Virus record (IMG/VR): IMGVR_UViG_3300045051_000720
Location: 62,001 to 126,000 of that record
Length of the DNA: 64,000 bases
Direction: 5' to 3' (one strand)
Shown here: positions 46,083 to 56,831 of the stretch, one piece after another
Position numbering within the stretch: position 1 is the first letter of the stretch
Layout: each line of letters begins with the position of its first letter
Notes under the pieces: model-generated
What the model was told of the DNA's origin: nothing
The model's input: only the letters and a program-made list of their open reading frames with translations
The model's database searches: none
Program-made: the position numbers and the translations under genes

Positions 46083-46906
46083 ACCCGCGTCGTCAAGTCC
46101 GCTTCGGTTTCCCCACAAACGGGTTCAGCGTAGGCGACACCTTCCTGTTCACTCCGGTGTGCCGCTACACTGACGTGACCTACGAGATCCCCGTCGACTC
46201 ATTTTGCGCGTCGGACATCGCGTCCGTCCTCCAGAGCGTGGCCCGCATCGAGTACGTCCATACTCCCATCAAGGAGGAGGAGTCGTTCGCGCAGTACGTG
46301 GCCCAGTATGGCCCGGTCCCTCAGATCCCACCCGTGCGTTGCCTCCACTCTGCACGACGTTGGTTGCTGCGGTATGGCATTGACGCGCCTAACGCTCTCC
46401 CTTACGCCGAGCCGCCGATGGCGGACGTAGAGTGGGCGATGAAGTGGCTTCGGCTGTACCGGCGTCCCATCGTGTTTACTCCCATTCCCGGCGGTCTGAG
46501 CAATCCCGCCGACCTGTTAGCGCGGTATAAGTACGTGCCGCCGCAGGTGTGGACTGCGACATTGGAGCGCCTCGCGCGCGACCACGACCTCCTCTACTTC
46601 ACCGCCCGGGAACACCACGTGCCCTTTCCCCACGTCAAGACCCTTCTTGGGTTTCCCGTGGCTAAGATCGCGGCTATCATGTGGCTCTGCAAGCGCCACC
46701 TCGGCGTCGAGAACGGGCTCCTGCATCTGGCCATTGCTATGGGAGCGACCTGCCGGGTGGGTATGCCCACCATTGACGGCAAATCCCTCTGCGAGGTGGC
46801 CGACTACTACGTCTATGCGGGTGATATGTGGCGCACGGAGCCGTGCCGTGCGTTCTATCATCTGTTCGACGACGCATCGGACCACGCCAATATCGTCTAT
46901 TCATGA
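46079..46906 (+). CDS. GT9-like glycosyltransferase
   Basis: VGDTFLFTP and GVENGLLHLAIAMG. Confidence 0.72.
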   Translation: MNPRRQVRFGFPTNGFSVGDTFLFTPVCRYTDVTYEIPVDSFCASDIASVLQSVARIEYVHTPIKEEESFAQYVAQYGPVPQIPPVRCLHSARRWLLRYGIDAPNALPYAEPPMADVEWAMKWLRLYRRPIVFTPIPGGLSNPADLLARYKYVPPQVWTATLERLARDHDLLYFTAREHHVPFPHVKTLLGFPVAKIAAIMWLCKRHLGVENGLLHLAIAMGATCRVGMPTIDGKSLCEVADYYVYAGDMWRTEPCRAFYHLFDDASDHANIVYS

Positions 46907-47436
46907 ACCTCCATCTCGGCTGCGGCAATGTGCGCCTGCCCGGCTTTGTTAACATCGACAGCCGTCACCTTCCCGCGGTAGACCGGGTGGACAACATCCG
47001 CCATTTGCGCTCGGTACCGGATGGTTCGGTCGATCTTGTCTACTGCTCCCACGTACTAGAGCACTTCAGCCGGTGGGACTACCCGCAGGTGCTGGCAACG
47101 TGGCATCGCGTGTTGCGGCGCGGAGGCGTCTTGCGCGTAGCCGTGCCCGATTTCCGTGCCATCGTCAACCGCTATATCGACACGCACGACCTGCCAGACC
47201 TTATCGGTCTGCTCTATGGCGGACAAGACTACCCCGAGAACCACCATCACTACGCGTGGGACATTGCGTCGTTGACGCATGACCTAACCGCAGTGGGGTT
47301 CACTAATGTGCGCCGGTACGACGCGCGAGCCACTGAGTACGCTCACATCCACGATTGCAGTCAAGCCTACCTGCCGCGCATGGACAAGGTCAATGGGGAG
47401 CTGATGAGCCTCAACGTCGAGTGCGAGAAGCGTTGA
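46903..47436 (+). CDS. Class I methyltransferase (type 11)
   Basis: LHLGCG, SHVLEHF, HRVLRRGGVLRVAVPD. Confidence 0.88.
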   Translation: MNLHLGCGNVRLPGFVNIDSRHLPAVDRVDNIRHLRSVPDGSVDLVYCSHVLEHFSRWDYPQVLATWHRVLRRGGVLRVAVPDFRAIVNRYIDTHDLPDLIGLLYGGQDYPENHHHYAWDIASLTHDLTAVGFTNVRRYDARATEYAHIHDCSQAYLPRMDKVNGELMSLNVECEKR

Positions 47437-47467
47437 CACCACCATCCAATCACCCTATCATTAGGTC

Positions 47468-47968
47468 ATGACTCCTCTCACGCGCGCCCACCTTCTCATT
47501 CTCCTCACCTTCGGTCTAATCTGCGGTGTCGTTGCCTGCGGCTACGCTCCCCATAAGGACCCACCCCTTTTTACCTACCCCACCGCGCGCATGGCCGAGG
47601 AGTCGGCGCGCCTGCACGCGCGTGACATTGGCGGGTCTTTTAATCAGAACCTGTGCTGCGGGTCTATGGTGCCGCTTATGCAGGCGGGCGACTGGATTGT
47701 CGTCGCGGACCCAATCAAGGTCCCCTTCACCGACGATCTGCTCGGGCGCCCTTGCGTGTACCAGCCCAAGTGGTTGCCGGCGGGACAATACGTACTCCAT
47801 CGCTTCACCTCGGGCAGCGCGCGCGACGGGTTCATCGCCAGCGGTGATGGGGTCAAACCAGACATCGATCCACGCACCGGGCGCGATTTTCACTCAGAGG
47901 CCAGCTATCGGGTCACCGCCGCGGACTATCGCGGGCGCGTTGAGGGCATCTATCGGGTCAAACCCTAA
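47468..47968 (+). CDS. S26 signal-peptidase-like protein
   Basis: N-terminal TM segment, GSMVP...GD, VLHR, GD. Confidence 0.6.
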   Translation: MTPLTRAHLLILLTFGLICGVVACGYAPHKDPPLFTYPTARMAEESARLHARDIGGSFNQNLCCGSMVPLMQAGDWIVVADPIKVPFTDDLLGRPCVYQPKWLPAGQYVLHRFTSGSARDGFIASGDGVKPDIDPRTGRDFHSEASYRVTAADYRGRVEGIYRVKP

Positions 47969-48193
47969 CACCATGTCGAAAGGCTCACGCAGGAGACCGG
48001 GCAAACCCGGCGCATATGAGCGCGGCTACGAGGCCATCAACTGGGCCAAGGGGCGACCTGTGCGTAGGGTGACCAAGCTGACGACGCAGGAGACGTTGAC
48101 GAAGGACTATACCGACAAGGCGGACTGGGTCATCCTGCCTCTCGAAGACCTGCTTGGTCCTTCCTACGCCAAGCGAGGACGTACTCTCTCGTC

Positions 48194-48508
48194 ATGAGCA
48201 TCAACCGTCGCTTCTTTCTCCGTGCCCTTATCGGCGCACCCATCGCCGCCAAGGCCGTCGAGCGCATCATCGCGGCTGGTGGACCTAAGGTTCAGCCTGT
48301 TAAACCGACACCCGAGCCATCATGGACAAAGGGAGCGGCTGACAAGGTGGACCCCCGCTGTTATGCGATATCGGGGGCCGCTAGGTACTCTAGCGACGGC
48401 TGCCCGTGCTTTTCTATACAGTCGTCACGGCAGACGGGCAGCTTCGGTTTATTCCCTTCTCATGACCGGCGTCATTCTCTGCGCTTTTCAATCCGAGGAC
48501 ACGCTTGA
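48194..48508 (+). CDS. Small protein with Tat-like signal
   Basis: MSINRRFFLRALIGAPIAAKA. Confidence 0.45.
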   Translation: MSINRRFFLRALIGAPIAAKAVERIIAAGGPKVQPVKPTPEPSWTKGAADKVDPRCYAISGAARYSSDGCPCFSIQSSRQTGSFGLFPSHDRRHSLRFSIRGHA

Positions 48509-49235
48509 CGCCTGCCTCGCCCCTTGGCTGGCTACTAAGCGCGCACATCCGGGTGACTATATCATCTGCGCGGTGAGTGTGCCCTTCGAGGGTTTCCCCC
48601 AAGACCCACCCGACCGCACTCGCCAGATCCTAGACGGCTATGCTGCGACCGGTGAGATTGACCATCTCATCACGAGCGACCAACCGATGAAGGAAACCGA
48701 GGCGCGCGGACGCGCGTTGCGGTGGTTGGTGGAGAAGGGGGCGGCGCTGACGGTCATGGTTGACAGTGATGAGACGTGGTCTCAAGAGCAGATCACTGCC
48801 GCGCTGGCTTTCGTCGACGCCAATCCGTGGGTGCAGTGGTTCCGCGTACCCTACAAGCAGATGGTCTTCACGCGCGACCAGTGGTTGGCTCAGCCCTTCA
48901 TCCCGGCGCGTATACACCGCACGCACATCCACGGTGGGTACGTTGCAGCGGGTTTCTGGGACGACAACAACGTGTTCTATCGACGCCCATGGGAGGCAGA
49001 TGGGAAGGTTGTACGGGATGCTGAGCTAGCGTGTCTCGTTATCCCTCAGGCCTTGGTCTGGGTATCGCACGAGACGTGGTTATCGAACGCCCGAAGCCGC
49101 GCCAAGGTGCGATATCAAACGTCTCGCGGCTGGCAGTGTTCGTTCTGTTGGGATGAAGCGACCGATTCGCTCAGATTCAATGACGCCTACTATGCTCTGA
49201 CGGGTGAGTGCATCCCCGAGGTTGTCCATGCCTGA
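48462..49235 (+). CDS. GT2-like glycosyltransferase
   Basis: VMVDSDE, EARGRAL, SHETWL. Confidence 0.65.
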   Translation: MTGVILCAFQSEDTLDACLAPWLATKRAHPGDYIICAVSVPFEGFPQDPPDRTRQILDGYAATGEIDHLITSDQPMKETEARGRALRWLVEKGAALTVMVDSDETWSQEQITAALAFVDANPWVQWFRVPYKQMVFTRDQWLAQPFIPARIHRTHIHGGYVAAGFWDDNNVFYRRPWEADGKVVRDAELACLVIPQALVWVSHETWLSNARSRAKVRYQTSRGWQCSFCWDEATDSLRFNDAYYALTGECIPEVVHA

Positions 49236-49549
49236 TCTTATCGCCCCCGAGGGTTTCCGCTGGGTATGCGTCGGTGAAGATCTCGCCGCCAACGACTTCG
49301 AGCGCAATGCGTGGGGGCAGTGGGAGGGTGTCTACTCCTACTATAAGGTCACTCGCACCCACCGATGCATGGTGCCTTATACCTATCTGCGCGCATTCCT
49401 CGGGGTTTATCAGCATCCGGCGTTTGTCGCTGGGTCGCATCGTGCTGCACGTCTCGCCCCTTTGTGGGCGTGACCTACACCTGCCGCGCCCGCGTTTTGG
49501 GCACAGGTTGTTCACCAAACGGGGTCGTGTATAACCCTTTCCCGCTATC

Positions 49550-52015
49550 ATGACGAAGCAAATTTCGACCACCTATTCTTACGATGAGTGCTTGAGCGCC
49601 TCCCAAGCCTATTTCGAAGGAGATGATTTAGCTGCCAAGGTCTTTGTTGATAAGTATGCCTTACGCGACAATGAGGGGAATTTATTGGAGAAGACCCCCG
49701 ATCAAATGCATTGGCGAATCGCACGGGAGTTTGCGCGCGTTGAGAAGAGCAAGTTCAAACATCCGTTGGGGGTAGATGGGATTTATGGTCTGCTTGACCA
49801 TTTCCGTTACATCATTCCGCAGGGATCACCGATGTTTGGAATAGGAAATCCTTATCAAACCATCTCGTTATCCAACTGCTTTTTGTTGGACGTTCCTCTT
49901 GATTCTTATTCGTCTATCCTTCAGGTAGATGAGCAATTGGTCAATATATGCAAACGACGAGGTGGGGTTGGAATTGATTTGTCTAATCTACGGCCTGCGG
50001 GAACGATAACGCGTAACGCTGCGCGTCAGTCAACAGGCATCGTAACGTGGATGGAACGGTATTCCAATTCTATTCGCGAAGTAGGACAAGGAGGGCGCAG
50101 AGGGGCATTGATGCTGACTTTGTCTATTCATCATCCGGACATCATTTCTTTTTGCACGATTAAAAACGATCCAGCCAAGGTAACGGGGGCTAACATATCG
50201 GTTCGTTTGACGCGGGAATTTTTAGACGCCGTCAAGAAAGACGAAGAATATGAACTGCGGTTTCCCGTAGATGCAGCGAAGCCCATTATCTCTACTAAGA
50301 TGCGCGCCAAGGAAGTATGGGATGTTATTATCAAATCTGCTTGGCTGCGCGCAGAGCCCGGATTATTGATGTGGGACAACGTGACAGAAAACACACCCGC
50401 TGATTGTTATGAGGAATACCAAAGTCGCGGTACCAATCCCTGCTCGGAGTTAAATCTTTCACCATTAGACAGTTGTAGACTTTTATGTCTCAATTTGCTG
50501 TCTTATGTCGTCAAACCGTTCACCAAAGAAGCTGCTTTTGATTTTGCTCTTTTTCATCAGCACGGTAAGATTGCCCAGCGTTTCATGGATGATTTGGTCG
50601 ATTTAGAGTCTGAGAAAATAGACTCTATTCTTGCGAAGATTCAGACCGACCCCGAATCAGATCTCGTCAAACGTAACGAGATAGTGTTATGGCAACGCGT
50701 CAAACGCTTCAATGACGAAGGAAGACGCACCGGTACTGGGATTACTGCACTTGGTGATGCCCTAGCCGCCCTAGGGATTGCTTATGGTTCTGAGCAATCA
50801 ATTCAAGTTACGGAAGATATTTATCGCTCTTTGAAGTTGGCTTGTTATGAGTCGTCTATTGATATGGCAGAAGAGTTGGGGTGTTTCAAAGTTTACGATG
50901 CCGCTCGTGAAAAGGATTGTCCTTTTATCAAGAGAATAGCCAAAGAATCTCCTGCTTTGTATGCACGCATGGTTAAGTTTGGTCGACGGAACATTTCATT
51001 AACGACTACCGCTCCGACTGGCTCGGTCAGTCTTATGACTCGCACCACATCGGGGATTGAACCCTTATTTATGACGGGTTATACTCGGAGGAAGAAAATC
51101 AATCCAAATGAGAAAAATGTAAAGGTTGATTTTGTTGACCAAAATGGGGATGCGTGGCAAGAGTTTGTAGTTTATCATCCTACTATTAAAACGTGGATGA
51201 CCATTACTGGGGAAACGAATGTCAAAAAATCTCCGTGGTACGGATGTTGCGCTGAAGATATTGATTGGATCAATCGTGTCAAGTTACAGGCAGCAGCGCA
51301 AAAACACGTTTGTCATGCTATATCATCTACGATCAATCTTCCAGAAAACGTGACGAAGGTAAAAGTGAGTGAGATTTATCAGACCGCTTTTGAGAACGGG
51401 CTCAAAGGTATCACGGTTTACCGCAAGAATTGTCGTAGCGGGGTCATGGTTGAAACCGCCGCCTCCGATCGCGGTGAGAGGATTGTCAAAACTAAGGCCC
51501 CTAAACGACCCTATAGGCTACATGGGGAAGCGCACCATTTTACAATCAAAGGACACCGTTATTTTGTTGCTGTGGGGCTACTAGAAGGGGAACCATATGA
51601 GATATTTGGTGGTGAGAATTGCGATTCCGAGGGTGAGGTCTTGATACCCAAAAATGTAGTTGAGGGGCAACTCGTCAAACATGCCCGAGGTAAGTATAGT
51701 TTAGTAATTGCCGACCACGATTATCCTGTCGTAGGCCCATACTCCGATACCACTGTAGACTCTCTTACAAGAATGATTTCGACAGCTCTCCGTCACGGGG
51801 CAGATATTTCATTCGTTGTTCATCAGTTGGAAAAAACAAAGGGCGAGATGCAAAGTTTTTCCAAAATTCTTGCGCGTACACTCAAAAAATATATCAAGGA
51901 CGGTACTAAAGTAACAGGAGACAAGTGCCCAGAATGTAAGAGGGAAGATTGTGAACTGATTAGAGAAGATGGGTGCATTAAATGCGTGACATGTGGATGG
52001 ACGAAATGCGGATGA
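49550..52015 (+). CDS. nrdJ: Class II (B12-dependent) ribonucleotide reductase
   Basis: SNCF, RRGALM, TNPCSE, APTGS, SSTINLP, KGITVYR, C-terminal Cys pairs. Confidence 0.92.
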   Translation: MTKQISTTYSYDECLSASQAYFEGDDLAAKVFVDKYALRDNEGNLLEKTPDQMHWRIAREFARVEKSKFKHPLGVDGIYGLLDHFRYIIPQGSPMFGIGNPYQTISLSNCFLLDVPLDSYSSILQVDEQLVNICKRRGGVGIDLSNLRPAGTITRNAARQSTGIVTWMERYSNSIREVGQGGRRGALMLTLSIHHPDIISFCTIKNDPAKVTGANISVRLTREFLDAVKKDEEYELRFPVDAAKPIISTKMRAKEVWDVIIKSAWLRAEPGLLMWDNVTENTPADCYEEYQSRGTNPCSELNLSPLDSCRLLCLNLLSYVVKPFTKEAAFDFALFHQHGKIAQRFMDDLVDLESEKIDSILAKIQTDPESDLVKRNEIVLWQRVKRFNDEGRRTGTGITALGDALAALGIAYGSEQSIQVTEDIYRSLKLACYESSIDMAEELGCFKVYDAAREKDCPFIKRIAKESPALYARMVKFGRRNISLTTTAPTGSVSLMTRTTSGIEPLFMTGYTRRKKINPNEKNVKVDFVDQNGDAWQEFVVYHPTIKTWMTITGETNVKKSPWYGCCAEDIDWINRVKLQAAAQKHVCHAISSTINLPENVTKVKVSEIYQTAFENGLKGITVYRKNCRSGVMVETAASDRGERIVKTKAPKRPYRLHGEAHHFTIKGHRYFVAVGLLEGEPYEIFGGENCDSEGEVLIPKNVVEGQLVKHARGKYSLVIADHDYPVVGPYSDTTVDSLTRMISTALRHGADISFVVHQLEKTKGEMQSFSKILARTLKKYIKDGTKVTGDKCPECKREDCELIREDGCIKCVTCGWTKCG

Positions 52016-53037
52016 CTAACAAGACCAAACAATACCTTGAACGGGCCTGCCAGATTCATAAGAATAAATATGACTATTCACTAGTGAGCGACATCACGAC
52101 GAATAAGCAGTATATTGAAATCAAGTGCCCTATACATGGTGTGTTTAAGCAAGCCGTCTCATCGCATGTCAATGCCAAACAGGGCTGCCCACGATGTGGG
52201 GGTAACTTTCGCAGGACAACAGAAGAGGTGATGGATGAGATTCGCAAGGTACACGGAGACAGATTTACCTATACCCCGTTTCAGTATAAATGTAATAAGC
52301 AGAAAATTGAGATATTCTGTAAAGTGCACGGCTCATTCAAGACTGGTGTTAAAGAACATCTGAACGGTGGTGGGTGTCCTAAGTGCGCTAAGAACGCCAA
52401 AATGAATACGGAGGATTTTATCAAGAAGGCGCGTAAAAAACACGGGGATCGTTATGATTATAGCAAAGTAGATTATCGGTTGTGTGACCAACATGTAACC
52501 ATTACCTGTCGAACTCATGGAGATTATTTACAAACTCCGCACGCGCATCTTGCCGGATATGGTTGTTCTAGATGTGTGGCCAATTCGTCTCGCAAGGAAA
52601 ATTGCTGGCTAGATTCGCTACAGATTGTGGGTTTGCTTAGACAGCATAAGGTCAAAGTAGGAAAAAGGAGATATACAGTAGATGGGTTCGATCCAAAGAC
52701 AAATACGATATATGAGTTTAACGGAGATTATTTCCATGGTAATTACAAGTATTTCGATGGTTGTTGGACTAACCGCGTAACGAAAACGTCGTTTGCCGAG
52801 TTGGCGCGTAAAACACGCGAAAAAGAAAAGGCGTTGAAACAAGCGGGGTATACAGTTGTCTCGATCTGGGAGAGTGACTATCTCGCTTCCTTGGGCAAAG
52901 AATACCGCGATGAGGTTGACTCCACGCAACGGCGGGTCAATCAATTGGCTTTCATTAGAGAATGGCAATTAGCTGACGACGAATGTTTTGATTGGCAGAA
53001 TTTTGCGGCCTTGTTAGGCAAGCCTAAATCTGTCTAG
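52012..53037 (+). CDS. Homing-type endonuclease (repeated C..HG zinc modules plus PD-(D/E)xK domain)
   Basis: CPIHG/CKVHG/CRTHG repeats, VDGFD..YEFNGDYFHG, IWE; AT-rich. Confidence 0.8.
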   Translation: MTNKTKQYLERACQIHKNKYDYSLVSDITTNKQYIEIKCPIHGVFKQAVSSHVNAKQGCPRCGGNFRRTTEEVMDEIRKVHGDRFTYTPFQYKCNKQKIEIFCKVHGSFKTGVKEHLNGGGCPKCAKNAKMNTEDFIKKARKKHGDRYDYSKVDYRLCDQHVTITCRTHGDYLQTPHAHLAGYGCSRCVANSSRKENCWLDSLQIVGLLRQHKVKVGKRRYTVDGFDPKTNTIYEFNGDYFHGNYKYFDGCWTNRVTKTSFAELARKTREKEKALKQAGYTVVSIWESDYLASLGKEYRDEVDSTQRRVNQLAFIREWQLADDECFDWQNFAALLGKPKSV

Positions 53038-53104
53038 GTGCTCGCGCCCTTGGCGAGCCGGTTAGATAGTTGACACCCCCATCCAACGTGGCTAGCATAG
53101 GTGG

Positions 53105-53851
53105 ATGACCATTATCATCTCCGACCTCCACGGGTGTTGGTTTTCGACCGTACGTTTGCTCAACACCTGTGCCGCGCAATACCCCGGCGCGCGGCTGGTG
53201 CTGTTGGGCGATCTGGTTGATCGCGGTCCCCACTCGCGCGCGGTGGTGGAGTTCGCGATGGGTCATCAGATACCCACGGTACTCGGGAATCACGAGTCAC
53301 TTTGCCTTGCCTACTCCGCCCATGCCCGCCAAGGCTACGATGCACGATGTGCGAGCTACTACGAGCGCGACATCTGGCTCTACAACGGGGGTGAAGAGAC
53401 CCTCGCCAACTGGCTCCCCGACGAGTCACAGTGGCGGGAGGGTCTGCCCAAGGATGTGCTCGATTGGATGGCGGCGCTCCCACCCTATATCATCCTTGAT
53501 GAGGTGGACGAACAGGGGCGCAAGTTGCTTTGTTCGCATACCGGCTACGGGCTGGATGCCGATAGCGGCGGCTGGTTCCGCGCGCTATGGGGGCGGCATG
53601 AATATGGCGACGGGGAGTTCCCCGAGGACAACCTATACAGAGCGTTCGGTCACACCCAAAAGCGCGAGGCTGAGGTGACGGACAAGTGGGCGATGATAGA
53701 CAGCGGCGCGGCGTACGCCAAGCGCGGCCTTGGCACCCTCACCGCCTTCATTTGGCCTACCAAAGCCCTTATCCAGCAACGCTTTGACGAGACCCCAATC
53801 CAACCCCAATTCAGTATCGTTGGCGGGTGTATAGAAAAGGCATCCTTCTAA
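53105..53851 (+). CDS. Metallophosphoesterase (Ser/Thr phosphatase family)
   Basis: SDLHG, GDLVDRG, GNHE, FGHT. Confidence 0.9.
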   Translation: MTIIISDLHGCWFSTVRLLNTCAAQYPGARLVLLGDLVDRGPHSRAVVEFAMGHQIPTVLGNHESLCLAYSAHARQGYDARCASYYERDIWLYNGGEETLANWLPDESQWREGLPKDVLDWMAALPPYIILDEVDEQGRKLLCSHTGYGLDADSGGWFRALWGRHEYGDGEFPEDNLYRAFGHTQKREAEVTDKWAMIDSGAAYAKRGLGTLTAFIWPTKALIQQRFDETPIQPQFSIVGGCIEKASF

Positions 53852-53853
53852 CC

Positions 53854-54252
53854 ATGCCCCCCGAATCCACCCCTCCTTTTGTGAGTTCACTCCCGCCTGA
53901 GCTGCTGGACGGTCTGGACGATAGAGGGAGATACCTTTACCAATCGGTAGACCGCATCACGCAGGCCCAAGCGTGGCTGATCGAACGGTCTAAGGAGCAT
54001 ACTGAGACCCTCGCTGCGGTGCGGTTGCAGGTCGAGAAAACAAATGGACGTACGACCGCCAGCGAGGCCAAGATCCTCGCGCTGGAAAGCGACCCCGGTC
54101 TCAAGCTGGCTCGGGTGGGCGCGACCCTTGTGCGATCAAAGTGGTTTTGGGGCGCGGCGGCATCGGCGATTATCGTCACGATTTCGGTAGTTGGTGGATA
54201 TGGAGCCGTTGCTCCGCTACAGGCAATAGTTAAGTTGGTGTTTGGGCTTTAA
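53854..54252 (+). CDS. Coiled-coil plus C-terminal TM protein (holin-like)
   Basis: VEKTNGR coiled coil then hydrophobic helix; GGTGTATA upstream. Confidence 0.45.
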   Translation: MPPESTPPFVSSLPPELLDGLDDRGRYLYQSVDRITQAQAWLIERSKEHTETLAAVRLQVEKTNGRTTASEAKILALESDPGLKLARVGATLVRSKWFWGAAASAIIVTISVVGGYGAVAPLQAIVKLVFGL

Positions 54253-55348
54253 TCTGTTTCCAGCCCTTGCACTTGTGCTTTGGGGGACCACCAATTCTTT
54301 TCCATCCGAGTACTTCGGAAGTTTTTTCTTTGGCCAACCAATAAAAAGGTTCATAGGGCAGGTTGTTTTGGTGGCAGAATAAACGAAGATTATCGATGTG
54401 AATAGTCTGGCCCGTGGGGTCAATGAGATCAAGACTAAGTATTTTTAAGCAACGACGTGAAATAATGGTTTCGTCGGTAGTTTCGGGGAGTTTCCACCCA
54501 CGATGACTTAGTTGTCTCTTAGCCAAGACGGCCCCTATAGCCTGAGGACGAAGGTTGTTCTTTTTACAAAAGTTACCAATTCCAATACCACTAATTATTT
54601 CTCCCGTGGGAGCGCGTAACGTAAAATGTCTTTCACATTTGCTAACCTCATCTAAACGTTCTTGCAGACGCCATCCTTGGTATTCTAGTTGTTTTTTGTC
54701 TAATAGCCGCAAAAACGAGGCAAGGGTAAATCCATACTCTTGAATGGTTTGTCGGATGTTTGATACTACTAGGGTCCTGCCGTCTTTGTGTTGGAGGTAG
54801 TATCGTTTCCCCACCCTCTCGCCCAATTTGGGGTTATCAAGTTGTTCGCGTGTTAAGCTTACAGAACAAAATCCTTTATGTGTGCGGTATTTTTCGGGGT
54901 GTTTGACGATATACTTCATTTGAGAATTAGATAGTCCATGCGTACGACAAAAGGCTGCTAGATTTACTCCTTCAACGATTTCCCATGTATCAATTCGTCG
55001 TACCCGAAATGGGCGCGAATGGTTCGCGCGAATTTTTTCAATTGATTCGGGCGATAACAAACGATTATCTCCGCAATTTTTCAGGTTAAACCCATTGGGG
55101 ATGTACGCATTAAAACGTTGCGCATAAAAATGTTCCAGTTTATTTAGTTGGGCTATGTCAGTGATATCCTTTTCTAAAATTTCAACGTCGAACGCGTGAT
55201 GCCCGTATTTTTGTGCGGCGTTGAACAAAAGCGGGTTGGTTGTTTGCTCCCACCAGCGACCTCCGGAGTATCGGCGTCGAAAAGAGGTAACGCTTTGGCC
55301 GATGTAACTCTTACCCGTCTCTCGATGGTAGATGCGATAGATGATCAT
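54230..55348 (-). CDS. GIY-YIG homing endonuclease
   Basis: IIYRIY...GKSYIGQS...R, PNGFN; C-terminal repeats; AT-rich. Confidence 0.85.
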   Translation of the reverse strand: MIIYRIYHRETGKSYIGQSVTSFRRRYSGGRWWEQTTNPLLFNAAQKYGHHAFDVEILEKDITDIAQLNKLEHFYAQRFNAYIPNGFNLKNCGDNRLLSPESIEKIRANHSRPFRVRRIDTWEIVEGVNLAAFCRTHGLSNSQMKYIVKHPEKYRTHKGFCSVSLTREQLDNPKLGERVGKRYYLQHKDGRTLVVSNIRQTIQEYGFTLASFLRLLDKKQLEYQGWRLQERLDEVSKCERHFTLRAPTGEIISGIGIGNFCKKNNLRPQAIGAVLAKRQLSHRGWKLPETTDETIISRRCLKILSLDLIDPTGQTIHIDNLRLFCHQNNLPYEPFYWLAKEKTSEVLGWKRIGGPPKHKCKGWKQIKAQTPT

Positions 55349-55503
55349 GAGGGTATGGTGTGATACACCTACCGTCGGCATATTTTGGACTAAATGGGGT
55401 GTGTTTATGGTTGAAGGCATCTCTTTCGAGGCGATTTCTTCATTTATGACGGCGTATCGCCTAGGGTCTTGACAAGGGCGGTTAACCCGCCTATGATGGG
55501 GTC

Positions 55504-55785
55504 ATGCCATATGAACACCCCACCGATGACCTGAGACAGGTCCTTGTCGAGCACTGGGAGCAGGTAGGTCCCGAGGGCGCGACCGAGATTGGGTATAGGA
55601 TCTTGAGAGGGCTGCACTATCGCGTGCAGCGCAAGTGGCTTGTGTTTGACGGGGTGCCGTCTGACCCCAAGCAGCACTTTATGGGGACAATGGACGGCAC
55701 CGAGATCAATGGGGTTAAAGGACGACCAGAGTGGTGTGACCTTCCTATCGTGTCTGAGACCGAAGCACAAACCCCTTCTACATGA
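55504..55785 (+). CDS. Hypothetical protein
   Basis: Leaderless ORF after promoter 55469-55497. Confidence 0.65.
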   Translation: MPYEHPTDDLRQVLVEHWEQVGPEGATEIGYRILRGLHYRVQRKWLVFDGVPSDPKQHFMGTMDGTEINGVKGRPEWCDLPIVSETEAQTPST

Positions 55786-56831
55786 CCAAAATCGCTATCG
55801 TCACGGGCGCGAATAGCATGGATGCCAAGTCCCTCGCGCGCTTCCTCCAGTATAAGGACTATCATGTAGTCCTCACCTTCCGCCGCAACTCTCTCTTCAA
55901 TCGCGATGACTGGTATCGTGAGGTACAGATTGACGCCGCCAATGTCGGACGGTTCTCATTTGAGGTCTGTGACATCACCGACCAGAACAGTGTGCGCGAG
56001 TGCCTGACCGCTGTCCTTGCCAAGCACGGTGCGGTGCACGAGCTGTACATGATAGCTGCCATGAGCCACGTGGGCTACTCCTTCACCCAAAAGGAATACT
56101 CCATCGCCGCGAACGGGCAGTCCTACTATTTTTTCCTTGAGGCCCTTCGCCTGCTCTCGCCCACTACGCGCGTCTATGGTGCGCTCACATCCGAGCTAGC
56201 GGGCAATGTGCCTGACGGATCGGTCTTCAATGAAGACACTCTCTGGCATCCCAAGAGTCCCTACTCGATCGGTAAGGCCCTTGGCGGTCACTGGATTCAG
56301 TTCTACCGCGAGTCGCGCGACGCGGGGATGTTCGCTTGCTTTGGTATCCTGTTCAACCACTCCAACTGGTTCAGAACCAACGACTTCTACGTGATGAAGT
56401 GTGCACAAGCGGCGGCGGAGATAGTGGAGGGCAAGCGTATGTCACTCGCCCTCGGAAATCTGTCGTTTTACCGTGACGAACACTGGAGCGACTACGGGGT
56501 TGAGATGATGTGGGCCATGCTCCAACGAGACACCCCCCAAGACTACGTCGTGGGCACGGGGGTGTGTCATCATGGCGAGGAGTATCTCGACCACGCGTTT
56601 GGCCACTTCAACCTTGATTGGCACAAGCACGTGGTGATTGACGAAACTCTCAAGCGCCCCAACGAGGTGCACCGTTTGGTTGCGGACAGTACTCGCGCGC
56701 AACGCGACCTCGGCTGGAACCCGCGTCGGCTGTCGTTCCAGAACCACATGCGGCATCTGTGTGAGTATGCTTATGTCAAAGCGCGCGGGCAGGTACCTGT
56801 GCTGCCAAACATGTATACGCTGTACCCATGA
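55782..56831 (+). CDS. gmd: GDP-mannose 4,6-dehydratase
   Basis: AIVTGANSMD, AAMSHVGYSF, TSEL, PKSPYSIGK, GILFNH, LGNL..RD, RPNEV. Confidence 0.87.
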   Translation: MTKIAIVTGANSMDAKSLARFLQYKDYHVVLTFRRNSLFNRDDWYREVQIDAANVGRFSFEVCDITDQNSVRECLTAVLAKHGAVHELYMIAAMSHVGYSFTQKEYSIAANGQSYYFFLEALRLLSPTTRVYGALTSELAGNVPDGSVFNEDTLWHPKSPYSIGKALGGHWIQFYRESRDAGMFACFGILFNHSNWFRTNDFYVMKCAQAAAEIVEGKRMSLALGNLSFYRDEHWSDYGVEMMWAMLQRDTPQDYVVGTGVCHHGEEYLDHAFGHFNLDWHKHVVIDETLKRPNEVHRLVADSTRAQRDLGWNPRRLSFQNHMRHLCEYAYVKARGQVPVLPNMYTLYP

